Positions 50,532 through 60,467 of a stretch of DNA of 64,000 nt are shown in pieces. Both the position numbers and the translations under genes were made by a program. This DNA comes from Nitrospirota bacterium (GTDB lineage: Bacteria; Nitrospirota; UBA9217). The notes under the pieces were generated by a model. That model did not search any database. It was not told where the DNA came from and saw only the letters and a program-made list of their open reading frames with translations. Positions within the stretch are counted from its first letter, which is position 1, and each line of letters begins with the position of its first letter. The stretch is from contig CAVUCU010000007.1 of NCBI GenBank assembly GCA_963740085.1, positions 64,001-128,000 of the forward strand, in the 5' to 3' direction.

Positions 50532-52022
50532 ATGGGTACTTCAGCACAGAAGGGCATTGAAAAAATCGTCACCAATATCCCTGGCCTCGATCACATTACC
50601 ATCGGCGGCCTGCCCAAAAACCGAACTACCCTTGTTTCGGGGACCGCCGGCAGCGGCAAGACCGTATTGGCAGCTCAGTTTCTTGCCGAAGGGATCCTGA
50701 AATCGGAGAAACACGGTGTATTCGTCACCTTTGAAGAGCCTCCCGACGATATCCGCAGGAATATGGCCTCCATGGGCTGGGACATCGAGACGTGGGAAAA
50801 GGAAGGGAAGTGGATCTTTGTCGACGCGTCGGTGCAACCTGGTGAGACGCCGGTGGTAGCAGGCAGTTATGATCTCGGGGCGCTCCTTGCCCGCATCGAA
50901 TACGCGATCACCACGTGCAATGCCGACCGGGTCTCTCTGGACTCGCTCGACGCCATTTTCAACCAATTGCCCGACCGGGCCAGTGTCAGGCGGGAACTGT
51001 TTCGGATTGCCATGACACTGAAAAAGTTAAAGGCAACTGCCGTCATGACGGCGGAGCGGAGCCAGGAATACGGAGATATCTCCCGTTACGGCGTCGAGGA
51101 GTTCGTCGCCGACAACGTCATTATCCTGCGCAATGTCCTGGATGAGGAGAAGCGGCGGCGCACTGTTGAGGTCCTCAAGTTCCGCGGCACTGTTCATAAA
51201 AAAGGGGAGCACCCCTTTACCGTTGTCCCCGGCGAAGGGCTGATCGTGATCCCCCTCTCCGCCATCGAACTGAAACAGAAGTCGTCCGAAATCCGGATCA
51301 CCGCGGGGAACAAAGAACTGGATGCGATGTGCGGCGGCGGCTTCTTCCGAGATTCTCTCGTTCTCGTCTCCGGGGCCACCGGTACCGGCAAGACCTTGAT
51401 CACTACGGAATTCATCGCCGGCGGCCTCAACAACGGCGAACGGTCACTGTTGTTCGCCTTCGAGGAGAGCCGCGAGCAGCTGTTCCGCAACGCCAGCGAC
51501 TTTGGGACGGATTTTGAGCAGATGGAAAAGGATGGGAATTTGAAGGTGGTCTGCGATTATCCCGAGGTCATGGGTCTGGAGGACCATCTGATCCACATGA
51601 AGAAAGTGATCGATGTTTTCAAGCCGCTCCGGATCGCCGTGGACAGCCTCTCCGCGTTGGAGCGGGTCTCTTCTATCAAAGGATTCCGTGAGTTCGTCAT
51701 CGGCCTCGCCTCCACCATCAAGGAGCAGCAGATAGCCGGCCTTTTCACCTCCACCACGCCGACCCTCCTCGGATGGTCCTCCATCACCGAGGCCCATATC
51801 TCCGCCACGACCGATTCGATCATACTCCTGCGTAACGTGGAGATGAATGGGGGCATGCGGCGCGCCATCACCGTTCTCAAGATGCGCGGTTCCGAACACG
51901 ACAAGGATATCCGCGAATTCGTCATTGACGGCAGCGGGATGCATATCGGCAAACCGTACCGTAATGTGGCCGGCATCCTGTCCGGCAATCCGATCCAGGT
52001 CGCACCGGGAAACGTAATCTGA
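50532..52022 (+). CDS. kaiC: KaiC (double RecA-like ATPase domains)
   Basis: GTAGSGKT and GATGTGKT Walker A; FEE/FEES; LKFRG/LKMRG; EAHISATTD. Confidence 0.95.
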   Translation: MGTSAQKGIEKIVTNIPGLDHITIGGLPKNRTTLVSGTAGSGKTVLAAQFLAEGILKSEKHGVFVTFEEPPDDIRRNMASMGWDIETWEKEGKWIFVDASVQPGETPVVAGSYDLGALLARIEYAITTCNADRVSLDSLDAIFNQLPDRASVRRELFRIAMTLKKLKATAVMTAERSQEYGDISRYGVEEFVADNVIILRNVLDEEKRRRTVEVLKFRGTVHKKGEHPFTVVPGEGLIVIPLSAIELKQKSSEIRITAGNKELDAMCGGGFFRDSLVLVSGATGTGKTLITTEFIAGGLNNGERSLLFAFEESREQLFRNASDFGTDFEQMEKDGNLKVVCDYPEVMGLEDHLIHMKKVIDVFKPLRIAVDSLSALERVSSIKGFREFVIGLASTIKEQQIAGLFTSTTPTLLGWSSITEAHISATTDSIILLRNVEMNGGMRRAITVLKMRGSEHDKDIREFVIDGSGMHIGKPYRNVAGILSGNPIQVAPGNVI

Positions 52023-52072
52023 GCAGGCAAAGGCTATCCTCATTGCAGCGGCAGAAAACGAGGAGTCAGTAC

Positions 52073-53278
52073 ATGGTTGTCAAGGAACCCGACCTGAAAG
52101 AACTAATCCAACAGCGTTCGCTGGAGTTGCGGGCAAGTGAAGAGCGTTTCCATAATATCGTATCCATAAGTACAGACGGCATCGTCATCATTGACGGCTC
52201 CGGCAAGATCCTCTTTGTTAACCCGGCTGCAAAGTACCTTTTTGGCCGCAAAGCGGAGGAACTCCAGGGAGAACAGTTCGGCTTTCCGATCATTGCGGGT
52301 GAGACCACGGAACTGGATATCGCCAACAAGGAAGGGAAACAGACGATTGCCGAGATGCGGATCGTGGTCACGGAATGGGAAGGGAAGCCCGCCTATCTCG
52401 CGACCCTGCACGACATTACCGAACGCAGGCAGGCGGAGGAGCGGATCAGCGAAGTCAACCGGCAGCAGCAGGCCATTCTTGACCATATCCCCAATATCGC
52501 CTGGCTTACGGACCGGAGGGGAAGGTATGTCGCGGTAAACAATTCCTTCGGCAAGGCGGTTGGCAAGGAACCGAAGGATCTGGTTGGAAAGAGCGATCAT
52601 GATATCTATCCGCCGGAGCGTGCGGTGAAATACGAGAAAGACTCCAGGGAGGTCATGGCCGCCGGCAAGCGCACCTATTTCGAAGAGTCCTTTGTTGACC
52701 GTGAGGGGAAGACCCAACACGTGGAGAAGATCGAAACGCCCATTTTAAATGACGCGGGAAAGGTCATCGGGATCATCGGTATCTCCAATGACATCACCAG
52801 CAGCAAGGAACTGGAAAAAAAGCTCCGTTACGATAGCACTCACGATATTTTGACCGGCCTCTTTAACCGGGCGTTTTTCGATGCAGAGTTGGAGCGGCTT
52901 GGCCATGGAAGAAGGTTTCCCCTATGCATCGTGATGGCGGATGTGAACGGTCTGAAAAAAGTCAATGATACCCTGGGGCATGAAGCCGGGGATGATCTGA
53001 TCCGAATGGCGGCCCGGATCATTCTGGGAGCATTCCGGGCCGGGGACATCGTTGCCCGTCTCGGGGGAGACGAGTTTGCCGTTCTTCTCCCGGGAACGGA
53101 CAAAACCGTTGCGGAGGAGGCCGTCAAGAGGATCATGAGCTCCCCCGAGATCATCAATGGTCTGGTGAGCATCGCTTTCGGAATTTCTTCCGCGGAAAAC
53201 AAAGATCAGCTTGCTGAAGCTTTAAAACACAGTGACGAGAGGATGTATCAGGATAAATCCGACCAAAAGGAATTGTAG
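52073..53278 (+). CDS. PAS-PAS-GGDEF diguanylate cyclase
   Basis: Two PAS domains; HDILTGLFNR, DVNGLKKVNDTLGH, RAGD I-site, GGDEF. Confidence 0.92.
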   Translation: MVVKEPDLKELIQQRSLELRASEERFHNIVSISTDGIVIIDGSGKILFVNPAAKYLFGRKAEELQGEQFGFPIIAGETTELDIANKEGKQTIAEMRIVVTEWEGKPAYLATLHDITERRQAEERISEVNRQQQAILDHIPNIAWLTDRRGRYVAVNNSFGKAVGKEPKDLVGKSDHDIYPPERAVKYEKDSREVMAAGKRTYFEESFVDREGKTQHVEKIETPILNDAGKVIGIIGISNDITSSKELEKKLRYDSTHDILTGLFNRAFFDAELERLGHGRRFPLCIVMADVNGLKKVNDTLGHEAGDDLIRMAARIILGAFRAGDIVARLGGDEFAVLLPGTDKTVAEEAVKRIMSSPEIINGLVSIAFGISSAENKDQLAEALKHSDERMYQDKSDQKEL

Positions 53279-53483
53279 GCAAGAGGTATAGGGCGGTCAC
53301 CCTTTCAAGATCACCTGATCGAGAGCAATGACGTTCTTCTGCTCATGAAAATTTGCTAACGTCATTTCTATCGGATTTTCGAACTCATCGTGACGGGTTC
53401 CGTTCATTTCATTATTCGTTCTTACGTCAGGGAAGCGCGATCGGCGCCATCACTTCTTGACACAAGGGGAGATTCATACCGCC

Positions 53484-54110
53484 ATGAAGACAGGTAATCC
53501 GCGCAAGCCCTTCTCCATGATCCGAGAGTTCCATCTTGCCGACTGGTTCACGCTGGCAAACGCGGTCTGCGGCACGGGGGCAATGTTCTCCATGCTGACG
53601 TACCTGCAAACGGCCGACGTCATGCATATCTACTTCGCGGGCGGGATGGTCTTTGCGGCTTTCGTCTTCGATGTCCTGGATGGACGGATCGCCCGGTGGC
53701 GACAGAAGACGTCTGGAATGGGTCGTGAGCTCGACTCTCTCGCGGATGTCATCTCCTTTGGTGTAGCCCCGGCCCTGATCGGATATGGTTGCGGCATGCA
53801 GGGTTTTTACGACCGGATCATCCTGACCTATTTTGTTGCATGCGGAGTATCCCGCCTGGCGCGCTACAACATTACGACCGAGGCGCTGTCAGAGGGCGGA
53901 GACAAAGTGAAGTACTTCGAAGGAACTCCTATCCCAACATCGCTGCTGCTGGTGCTGTTGCTGTTATGGGCCGCTTCGCAGGGAGCTTTGCGCGAGTCCC
54001 TCTGGTTCGGACAGGTCGCGTTTGCCGGCTTCACGCTTCATCCGATAGCGCTGTTTTTCGCGGTTTCCGGCTCACTCATGATCAGTCGAATACGGATACC
54101 AAAGCTCTGA
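53484..54110 (+). CDS. CDP-alcohol phosphatidyltransferase (PssA-like)
   Basis: DVLDGRIARW...GRELDSLAD motif. Confidence 0.9.
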   Translation: MKTGNPRKPFSMIREFHLADWFTLANAVCGTGAMFSMLTYLQTADVMHIYFAGGMVFAAFVFDVLDGRIARWRQKTSGMGRELDSLADVISFGVAPALIGYGCGMQGFYDRIILTYFVACGVSRLARYNITTEALSEGGDKVKYFEGTPIPTSLLLVLLLLWAASQGALRESLWFGQVAFAGFTLHPIALFFAVSGSLMISRIRIPKL

Positions 54111-54216
54111 GCTGCCCCATGCCGGGCTGACACAAACAGCCAAGCCAGCCTGGCCGGGCTCTACGGCTCGATGCCATGTTGGGACAAAAAGAGATCCACC
54201 CTGCCCTTCTCCCGCG

Positions 54217-54690
54217 TCACCTGCCCTGCTTCCGGCTTAAAAAATCCTTTTCGATCACGCGACTGATCGCTTCTCTGATATCAGGGTCGCTTATCCCGCG
54301 AACATGTTCCTTGATCTTCTCCCGCTCAGCCTGGCTAAGAACGGTACGCACAGGGGTTTCTTCCGGAGGTTCTGCCGGTGACTCGACCTCGCCGATTCTC
54401 AATGAGATGTCGTTGATCGTTTTCTTCCCAAGGGTGCTGTTCACTTTTTCGATGATCTCGGGCTTGAGCAGTGAAAGCTGCTGCATCCAGGCCGGGCTGT
54501 CCACGATGAGCGTGAGTTTCTTTCCCCGCACGGCCTGCGGCTGGGCGTGGCGCGCTATGGCCGGGCCGACGGCCTTCTCCCACTGGCCGAAAATACGGTA
54601 CTCGCTCAAGCGGCTCCCGAGACCTCGTGCCTTCAGCATGCTGCCGAGCGTGTACGACAGCCTGTCCAGTTTCTTCCTCATGGCGCCCAT
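54217..54690 (-). CDS. DUF721/DciA-family protein
   Basis: WEKAVGPAIARHAQP, VDSPAWMQQL. Confidence 0.8.
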   Translation of the reverse strand: MGAMRKKLDRLSYTLGSMLKARGLGSRLSEYRIFGQWEKAVGPAIARHAQPQAVRGKKLTLIVDSPAWMQQLSLLKPEIIEKVNSTLGKKTINDISLRIGEVESPAEPPEETPVRTVLSQAEREKIKEHVRGISDPDIREAISRVIEKDFLSRKQGR

Positions 54691-54906
54691 CTTAGCACAG
54701 CAAGAGTTCTTTTGACAACAAGGAACAAGATGGTTATAATATGTAACTACACAGGTGAATAGACTGAAGGTAGATAGGTTGGAGTTGATGGTGAAAAGTT
54801 AAGGGATAGTCAGCCTTCAGCCTAAAAACCCGACTCCTTCAGTCTTCAGCCTGACCGCCTAGGTGTCTGCAAAAAAAGTCTTTCATAAGCGCACACGGGA
54901 GCATAT

Positions 54907-55908
54907 ATGCCTGAATTACGAAAAGATCCTATCACCGGCCGCTGGGTCATCATCTCTTCCGAGCGCGGCAAGCGACCCGCGGATTTCCAGGACCAGCGCG
55001 GTAAAAAAAGGGGGGGGTTCTGCCCCTTCTGTGCAGGGAACGAACGCACCACTCCGAATGAGGTCCTGGCCTATCGCGCTGCCGGGGTGAACACACCAAA
55101 CGGACCGGGCTGGCGGCTCCGCGTAGTACCGAACAAGTTTCCCGCGCTCCAGATCGAGGGCAACCTGAACAAGCAGGGCGAGGGCATCTTCGACAAGATG
55201 AACGGGATCGGCGCACACGAGGTGATCATCGAAAGCCCCGACCATAACGCCACGCTCGCGACCCTTCCGCAGCAGGCGATGGAAGAGGTGCTCTGGGCGT
55301 ACCGGGACCGCATGGAAGACCTGAAGCGGGACACCCGCTTCCAATATGCGCTCATCTTCAAGAACGAAGGACTTTCGGCAGGGGCAACGCTCGAACACAC
55401 CCATTCACAGCTCATCGCGCTGCCGATCGTGCCGATCCATGTGCAGGAAGAGCTCGACGCGTGCCGACGACACTACAACCTCAAGGAGCGCTGCATTTTC
55501 TGCGACATCGTGCGTCAGGAGATACGATCGGGGGCGCGCGTGGTGCTCGAGACACCGCTCTTCATTGCCCTGGCGCCCTTCGCACCCCGTTTCCCTTTCG
55601 AGACCTGGATCATGCCCAAGTCACATCTCTCCTGTTATACCTCCTCCTCCAACGAGGATTTTAAAGATCTTGCCGGTCTCCTGCAAAATGTTCTTCAGCG
55701 GATCGATCGTGCGCTCTCGACTCCTCCGTACAACTTCGTGATCCATACCTCTCCGTTCAAGGATGAATGCAACGATTACTATCACTGGCACATCGAACTC
55801 ATGCCCAAGTTAACGAACGTGGCAGGTTTCGAATGGGGATCCGGGTTCTATATCAATCCCACGCCGCCCGAGGAGGCGGCGAAATTCCTGCGGGAAATCA
55901 AGGCATGA
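54907..55908 (+). CDS. galT: Galactose-1-phosphate uridylyltransferase family (HIT-related)
   Basis: ELRKDP, CPFC, VVPNKFPAL, HEVIIE, HTHSQ, YHWHIE. Confidence 0.88.
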   Translation: MPELRKDPITGRWVIISSERGKRPADFQDQRGKKRGGFCPFCAGNERTTPNEVLAYRAAGVNTPNGPGWRLRVVPNKFPALQIEGNLNKQGEGIFDKMNGIGAHEVIIESPDHNATLATLPQQAMEEVLWAYRDRMEDLKRDTRFQYALIFKNEGLSAGATLEHTHSQLIALPIVPIHVQEELDACRRHYNLKERCIFCDIVRQEIRSGARVVLETPLFIALAPFAPRFPFETWIMPKSHLSCYTSSSNEDFKDLAGLLQNVLQRIDRALSTPPYNFVIHTSPFKDECNDYYHWHIELMPKLTNVAGFEWGSGFYINPTPPEEAAKFLREIKA

Positions 55909-57347
55909 AAATCCTGTTCGCGGCATCCGAGGCGGCCCCCTTTGCAAAGACCGGCGGGCTCGCGGACGTCGCCGGGAGCCTCCCGCCCGCAATCGCCTCG
56001 CTCGGCCATGAGGTGCGTGTGGTCATGCCGTACTACCGGCAGGTGGGCCGGCATGCGTCGAACCTCAAACACGTCGCGACCTTCTCGGTCCCTCTCGGAT
56101 CCTGGGAGGAGCGCTGCGATGTCTTCGAGGGGAGAACGGACCGGGACGTCGTTGTCTATTTTATCAAGAAGGATATCTACTACGACCGGCCCGGGCTCTA
56201 CCAGACAGCGCGGACTGATTATCCCGACAACGCCGAGCGGTTCATTTTTTTTTCGCGGGCCGTACTGGAGCTTTGCCGCGCCCTGGACTACAGCCCGGAT
56301 ATCATCCACGGGAACGACTGGCAAACAGGCCTCCTGCCGCTCTACCTGAAAACACTGTACCGCGGGTCCGAAACATTGCACGGAACAAAAACGGTCTTCA
56401 CGGTGCACAACCTCGGCTATCAGGGTATTTTTTGGCACTGGGACATGCGTCTGACCGGTCTCGGTTGGGAGGTGTTTACCCCCAAGGGCATTGAGTTCTG
56501 GGGCAAGATCAATTTTCTCAAGGCCGGCCTTGTCTACTCGGACATCATTACGACGGTGAGCAAAACCTACAGCCGCGAGATCCAGACCCCGGAATACGGG
56601 TATGGTCTCGAGGGCGTGCTCGTGAACCGGGCTGCGGAACTCTTTGGCATCGTGAACGGGATCGACTACCGGACCTGGGACCCGGCACGCGACCGCGACA
56701 TCCCGAAGCCCTTCAGCGCGGCGAGGCTTGCGGGCAAGGCCCTCTGCAAAAAGGCGCTTCAGGGATTGATCCGCATGCCGGGGACCGATGATCCGCTGAT
56801 CGGCATGGTAACGCGCCTTGTGGACCAGAAGGGGCTCGATATTTTGACCGAGGCGCTTCCGGAGATCATATCCCTCGGCGTGCAGATCGTCATTCTCGGG
56901 ACCGGAGACGAAAAATACCATCGCATTCTGTCCGATGCAGCCGACCGCTATTCAAAGAAAATGCGAGTTCTGCTCCGGTACGATGATTCGCTCGCGAGGA
57001 AGGTGTACGCGGGGTGCGATATGTTTCTCATGCCGTCGCTCTACGAGCCCTGCGGTCTCGGCCAGATGATTGCGCTGCGCTACGGCGCCGTACCGGTCGT
57101 CCGCAAGACAGGCGGGCTTAGCGACACGGTCGCGGACTATAACCCGAAAACGGGACAAGGGACCGGATTCCTGTTCGAGGAATACGCCGCGTCGGCGCTC
57201 ACCGACTGCCTGCGCCGCGCGCTTTCAGCGTACAGTGACCGGAACGCATGGAAACGCCTGGTGAGGAACGGCATGAAACAGGATTTCTCGTGGGAGCGCT
57301 CGGCAAAGGAATATGTGAAGGTTTACAGGAAAGCGATGAGAAAATAA
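55905..57347 (+). CDS. glgA: Glycogen synthase
   Basis: KTGGLADV, HGNDWQ, RLVDQKG, PSLYEPCGL. Confidence 0.95.
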   Translation: MKILFAASEAAPFAKTGGLADVAGSLPPAIASLGHEVRVVMPYYRQVGRHASNLKHVATFSVPLGSWEERCDVFEGRTDRDVVVYFIKKDIYYDRPGLYQTARTDYPDNAERFIFFSRAVLELCRALDYSPDIIHGNDWQTGLLPLYLKTLYRGSETLHGTKTVFTVHNLGYQGIFWHWDMRLTGLGWEVFTPKGIEFWGKINFLKAGLVYSDIITTVSKTYSREIQTPEYGYGLEGVLVNRAAELFGIVNGIDYRTWDPARDRDIPKPFSAARLAGKALCKKALQGLIRMPGTDDPLIGMVTRLVDQKGLDILTEALPEIISLGVQIVILGTGDEKYHRILSDAADRYSKKMRVLLRYDDSLARKVYAGCDMFLMPSLYEPCGLGQMIALRYGAVPVVRKTGGLSDTVADYNPKTGQGTGFLFEEYAASALTDCLRRALSAYSDRNAWKRLVRNGMKQDFSWERSAKEYVKVYRKAMRK

Positions 57348-57435
57348 CAAGGGTCCGGGGTACAGGTTCAGCGTTCAGGAACGCGGACAGGCAACTGACC
57401 CCTGAACCCTGACTAACTGACTCTGCATTTCAACC

Positions 57436-59826
57436 ATGGGAACGACCGAAAAAAAAGAACTGAGCATCCTGAGCGAGATCAGCCGCATATCGAATTCATC
57501 GGTCGGTCTCACGGAGAAGCTTCAGCGCCTCGTCGAGGCCGTTGCGCGCGGCATGGAAAAGGACGGCGCCTCGGTGTTCCTGTTCGACCGCTCCCGAAAG
57601 ATCGTTACGCTCGCCGCTGCAATCGGCCTGAACCAGGAGTCCATCGGCAAAGTGAGTTTCCCGATCGGGATGGGCATCGCCGGCTGGGTAGCGGAGCAGA
57701 AGGTCCCTCTCGCGCTTGATGACCCGTATGCCGATCCACGCTTCGCCTATGCCCCCGAATCGGGCATTGAGAAATTCAAGTCCCTTGCCGCCGCACCGAT
57801 CATGTACGAAGACCAGTGCCTCGGCGTGGTCTTCGTCCTCTCCTCCACGGTGTGGAGTGCTGCTTCATCGGACATTACGCTGCTCACTACCACCGCCGAC
57901 CAGATAAGCGGGGTGATCAAGAGCGCTCAGATGTTCCAGGACATCCAGGACCGACTGGCCGCGCTTGCCACCATCTACGAGATCGGTCTGGCGCTCACTT
58001 CCACGCTCGACCTCGAGCCGCTCCTCTCGCTCATCGCCAAGAACAGCACGCAATCGCTCCGCGCCCAGGGCTGCACCATCCGGCTCATAAACCTGCCGGA
58101 GATCATGCCTCATAAAACCTTCTCTTCCTACAGCGTTATCGGCGACACGATAGCCGACATGGATACGAAGATCGGCGGTATCCTGGCCGAACGCGTCGCG
58201 CGGGAGAAAAAACCGACCCTGATCCAGGATATTACGAAAGACCCCGCCCTCGCCGCTTCCAGCGGGGTCCCTGCGGCGTCCATCATCAGCGTCCCGCTCA
58301 TCTTCCGGGACAAGGTGATCGGAGTCATCACGCTCTATAACAAACAGGAAGGCCAGTTCTTCACCGAGGACGACCTCCAGTTCCTGACGACCGTCGCCAG
58401 CGGTGCCGCGGTGTCAGTCGAGAACGCGGCCATGTATGAGCGCATGGAGGACCTGGCGATCGAAGCGCGCACCCGGGCCCGGGAACTTTCCATCCTCTAC
58501 GATATCGGCACCGCCATGAGCACGACGTTGAACCTCGACCGTCTGCTCAGGATCATTCTTACCGCCGCAACCATGGGCGGGAGCGGTCTGGGCTTCAACC
58601 AGGCGCTTCTGCTCCTGACCAATGAACGAACCAACACGCTCCAGGGCATGATGGGCGTCGGACCGACGAGCTGGGAAGAGGCGGGCCGAGCCTGGAATGA
58701 GGTATCGCGCATTCATAAAAGCCTCATGGAGTGGATCCAGACGGGCGACCTTTTCGAGCACCGCGATTCGCCGCTCAATACGCTGGCAAAGGGCATTCGC
58801 GTTTCGCTCCAGCCGAACGAGGAAGTGCTGGCGCTCACGGTACTGAACAAAAGACCATATAACATCACCAATGCCTTCACAGACCCCATCGTGAGCGACA
58901 AACTCCGTGAAACGCTCAAAGTGAACAGCTTCGCAACGGTCCCGCTTATTGCAAAGGACCGGGTCATCGGTGTCATCCTTGTGGACAATATGTTCACCCA
59001 GAGGCCGATCACCGATGGAGATATCCGTTTTCTCACCATGTTCGCGCACCAGGCCGCGCTCGCCATCGAAAACGCCATTTTCCACACAAATCTCGAGACC
59101 ATGAACAAGGCCATGCGCGCAATGCACGAGCAGCTTGTCCAGTCCGAGAAGATGGCGGCACTCGGCGCCATGATGGCCGAGATCACCCACGAGATCAGGA
59201 ATCCGCTCGTCTCCATCGGCGGCTTCACCAGACGGCTTGCGAAGAAGCTCAAGGACAACGAAGACAAAAAATATGTCGATATCATCCTGAGCGAGGTCAC
59301 GAGGCTCGAGGGGATCATCCATGACAACCTTTCTTACATCAAGGAGATGGCGCCGCAGCTCGCTGAAACCGACATCAACGGCCTCATCGAGGAGGTCCTG
59401 ACCCTCTATGAAGACGAACTTGCCCAGCGGCACATCCGTGTCGAGCGGCATTTTACCGCTTCTCTGCCGCACCTTATGGTCGATACGCAGCAGCTCAAGC
59501 AGGGAGTGATCAACGTTCTCAAGAATGCCATGGAGGCCATGGAGAACGGCGGCACGCTCTTCATCAGGACCTATGCGGTTCCTGACGATGAGGCGGCGGC
59601 AATCGAGATCGGGGACACGGGGCCCGGCATTTCAGCCAAGGCCATGCATAATATTTTCAACCCCTACTACACGACGAAACCGCGGGGCACGGGGCTGGGA
59701 CTGCCGATCACGAACAGGATCATTCAGTCCCACAAGGGCAAGATCGAGCTGCGGAACCGGGACGGGGGAGGCGCCCTCTTTACGATCAAGCTGCCTCTCC
59801 CGGAGAAAAAGGACCCGCCATCCTGA
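57436..59826 (+). CDS. Cytoplasmic multi-GAF sensor histidine kinase
   Basis: Three GAF-like repeats; HEIRNPL H-box; NVLKNA, DTGPG, GTGLGL. Confidence 0.92.
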   Translation: MGTTEKKELSILSEISRISNSSVGLTEKLQRLVEAVARGMEKDGASVFLFDRSRKIVTLAAAIGLNQESIGKVSFPIGMGIAGWVAEQKVPLALDDPYADPRFAYAPESGIEKFKSLAAAPIMYEDQCLGVVFVLSSTVWSAASSDITLLTTTADQISGVIKSAQMFQDIQDRLAALATIYEIGLALTSTLDLEPLLSLIAKNSTQSLRAQGCTIRLINLPEIMPHKTFSSYSVIGDTIADMDTKIGGILAERVAREKKPTLIQDITKDPALAASSGVPAASIISVPLIFRDKVIGVITLYNKQEGQFFTEDDLQFLTTVASGAAVSVENAAMYERMEDLAIEARTRARELSILYDIGTAMSTTLNLDRLLRIILTAATMGGSGLGFNQALLLLTNERTNTLQGMMGVGPTSWEEAGRAWNEVSRIHKSLMEWIQTGDLFEHRDSPLNTLAKGIRVSLQPNEEVLALTVLNKRPYNITNAFTDPIVSDKLRETLKVNSFATVPLIAKDRVIGVILVDNMFTQRPITDGDIRFLTMFAHQAALAIENAIFHTNLETMNKAMRAMHEQLVQSEKMAALGAMMAEITHEIRNPLVSIGGFTRRLAKKLKDNEDKKYVDIILSEVTRLEGIIHDNLSYIKEMAPQLAETDINGLIEEVLTLYEDELAQRHIRVERHFTASLPHLMVDTQQLKQGVINVLKNAMEAMENGGTLFIRTYAVPDDEAAAIEIGDTGPGISAKAMHNIFNPYYTTKPRGTGLGLPITNRIIQSHKGKIELRNRDGGGALFTIKLPLPEKKDPPS

Positions 59827-60116
59827 TCCATACAGTATGGTCCCTGGAAAATCAAAAGGTATGGGTCCTTTGCTGTTCTTTGTGCGCTTCGTGCCTTCGT
59901 GTGAGTATGTGCTTTAGGGTCTTGCGAGTTACGGTTCAACTTGCATTCATGCCGCGGAGCAGACAGAAAATCATAAGAGGAAGGGCATTTGCCTTTCACC
60001 CGTGATTGGATTCTCTCCGTTCACTCGGTCAACGCTGTGGCTAAAAATATTTTTCCGGTTTGTCAGGGTTACGTTTCAGAAATTCTGATTTCGAATTTAC
60101 TGCCGAGGAGGTGCGA

Positions 60117-60467
60117 ATGAAAAAGATACTGGTTATCGACGACGAGGAAAATATCCGGGAACTTTATAAAGAGGAGTTCATGGAGATGGGCTACGAAGTA
60201 ATGACGGCTCACGACGGGGTTCAGGCGCTTGCGGCTATGGACACTACAAAGTTCGATCTGGCCACTCTGGACATGCGTATGGAAGAAATGGACGGCATAG
60301 AAACCCTTCGGAAGATGAAAGAGAAGGACAGCTCGCTTCCCGTCATTATCTGCACCGCTTACGAGGAATATAAGCACGACTTCGGAAGCTGGTGTTCCGA
60401 TGCCTACGTAGTCAAGTCCTCAGACCTGTCTCTGCTCCGGGACACGGTGAAAAAGATCCTCGGATGA
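60117..60467 (+). CDS. Single-domain response regulator
   Basis: LVIDDE, LDMRM, ICTAY, YVVK. Confidence 0.92.
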   Translation: MKKILVIDDEENIRELYKEEFMEMGYEVMTAHDGVQALAAMDTTKFDLATLDMRMEEMDGIETLRKMKEKDSSLPVIICTAYEEYKHDFGSWCSDAYVVKSSDLSLLRDTVKKILG

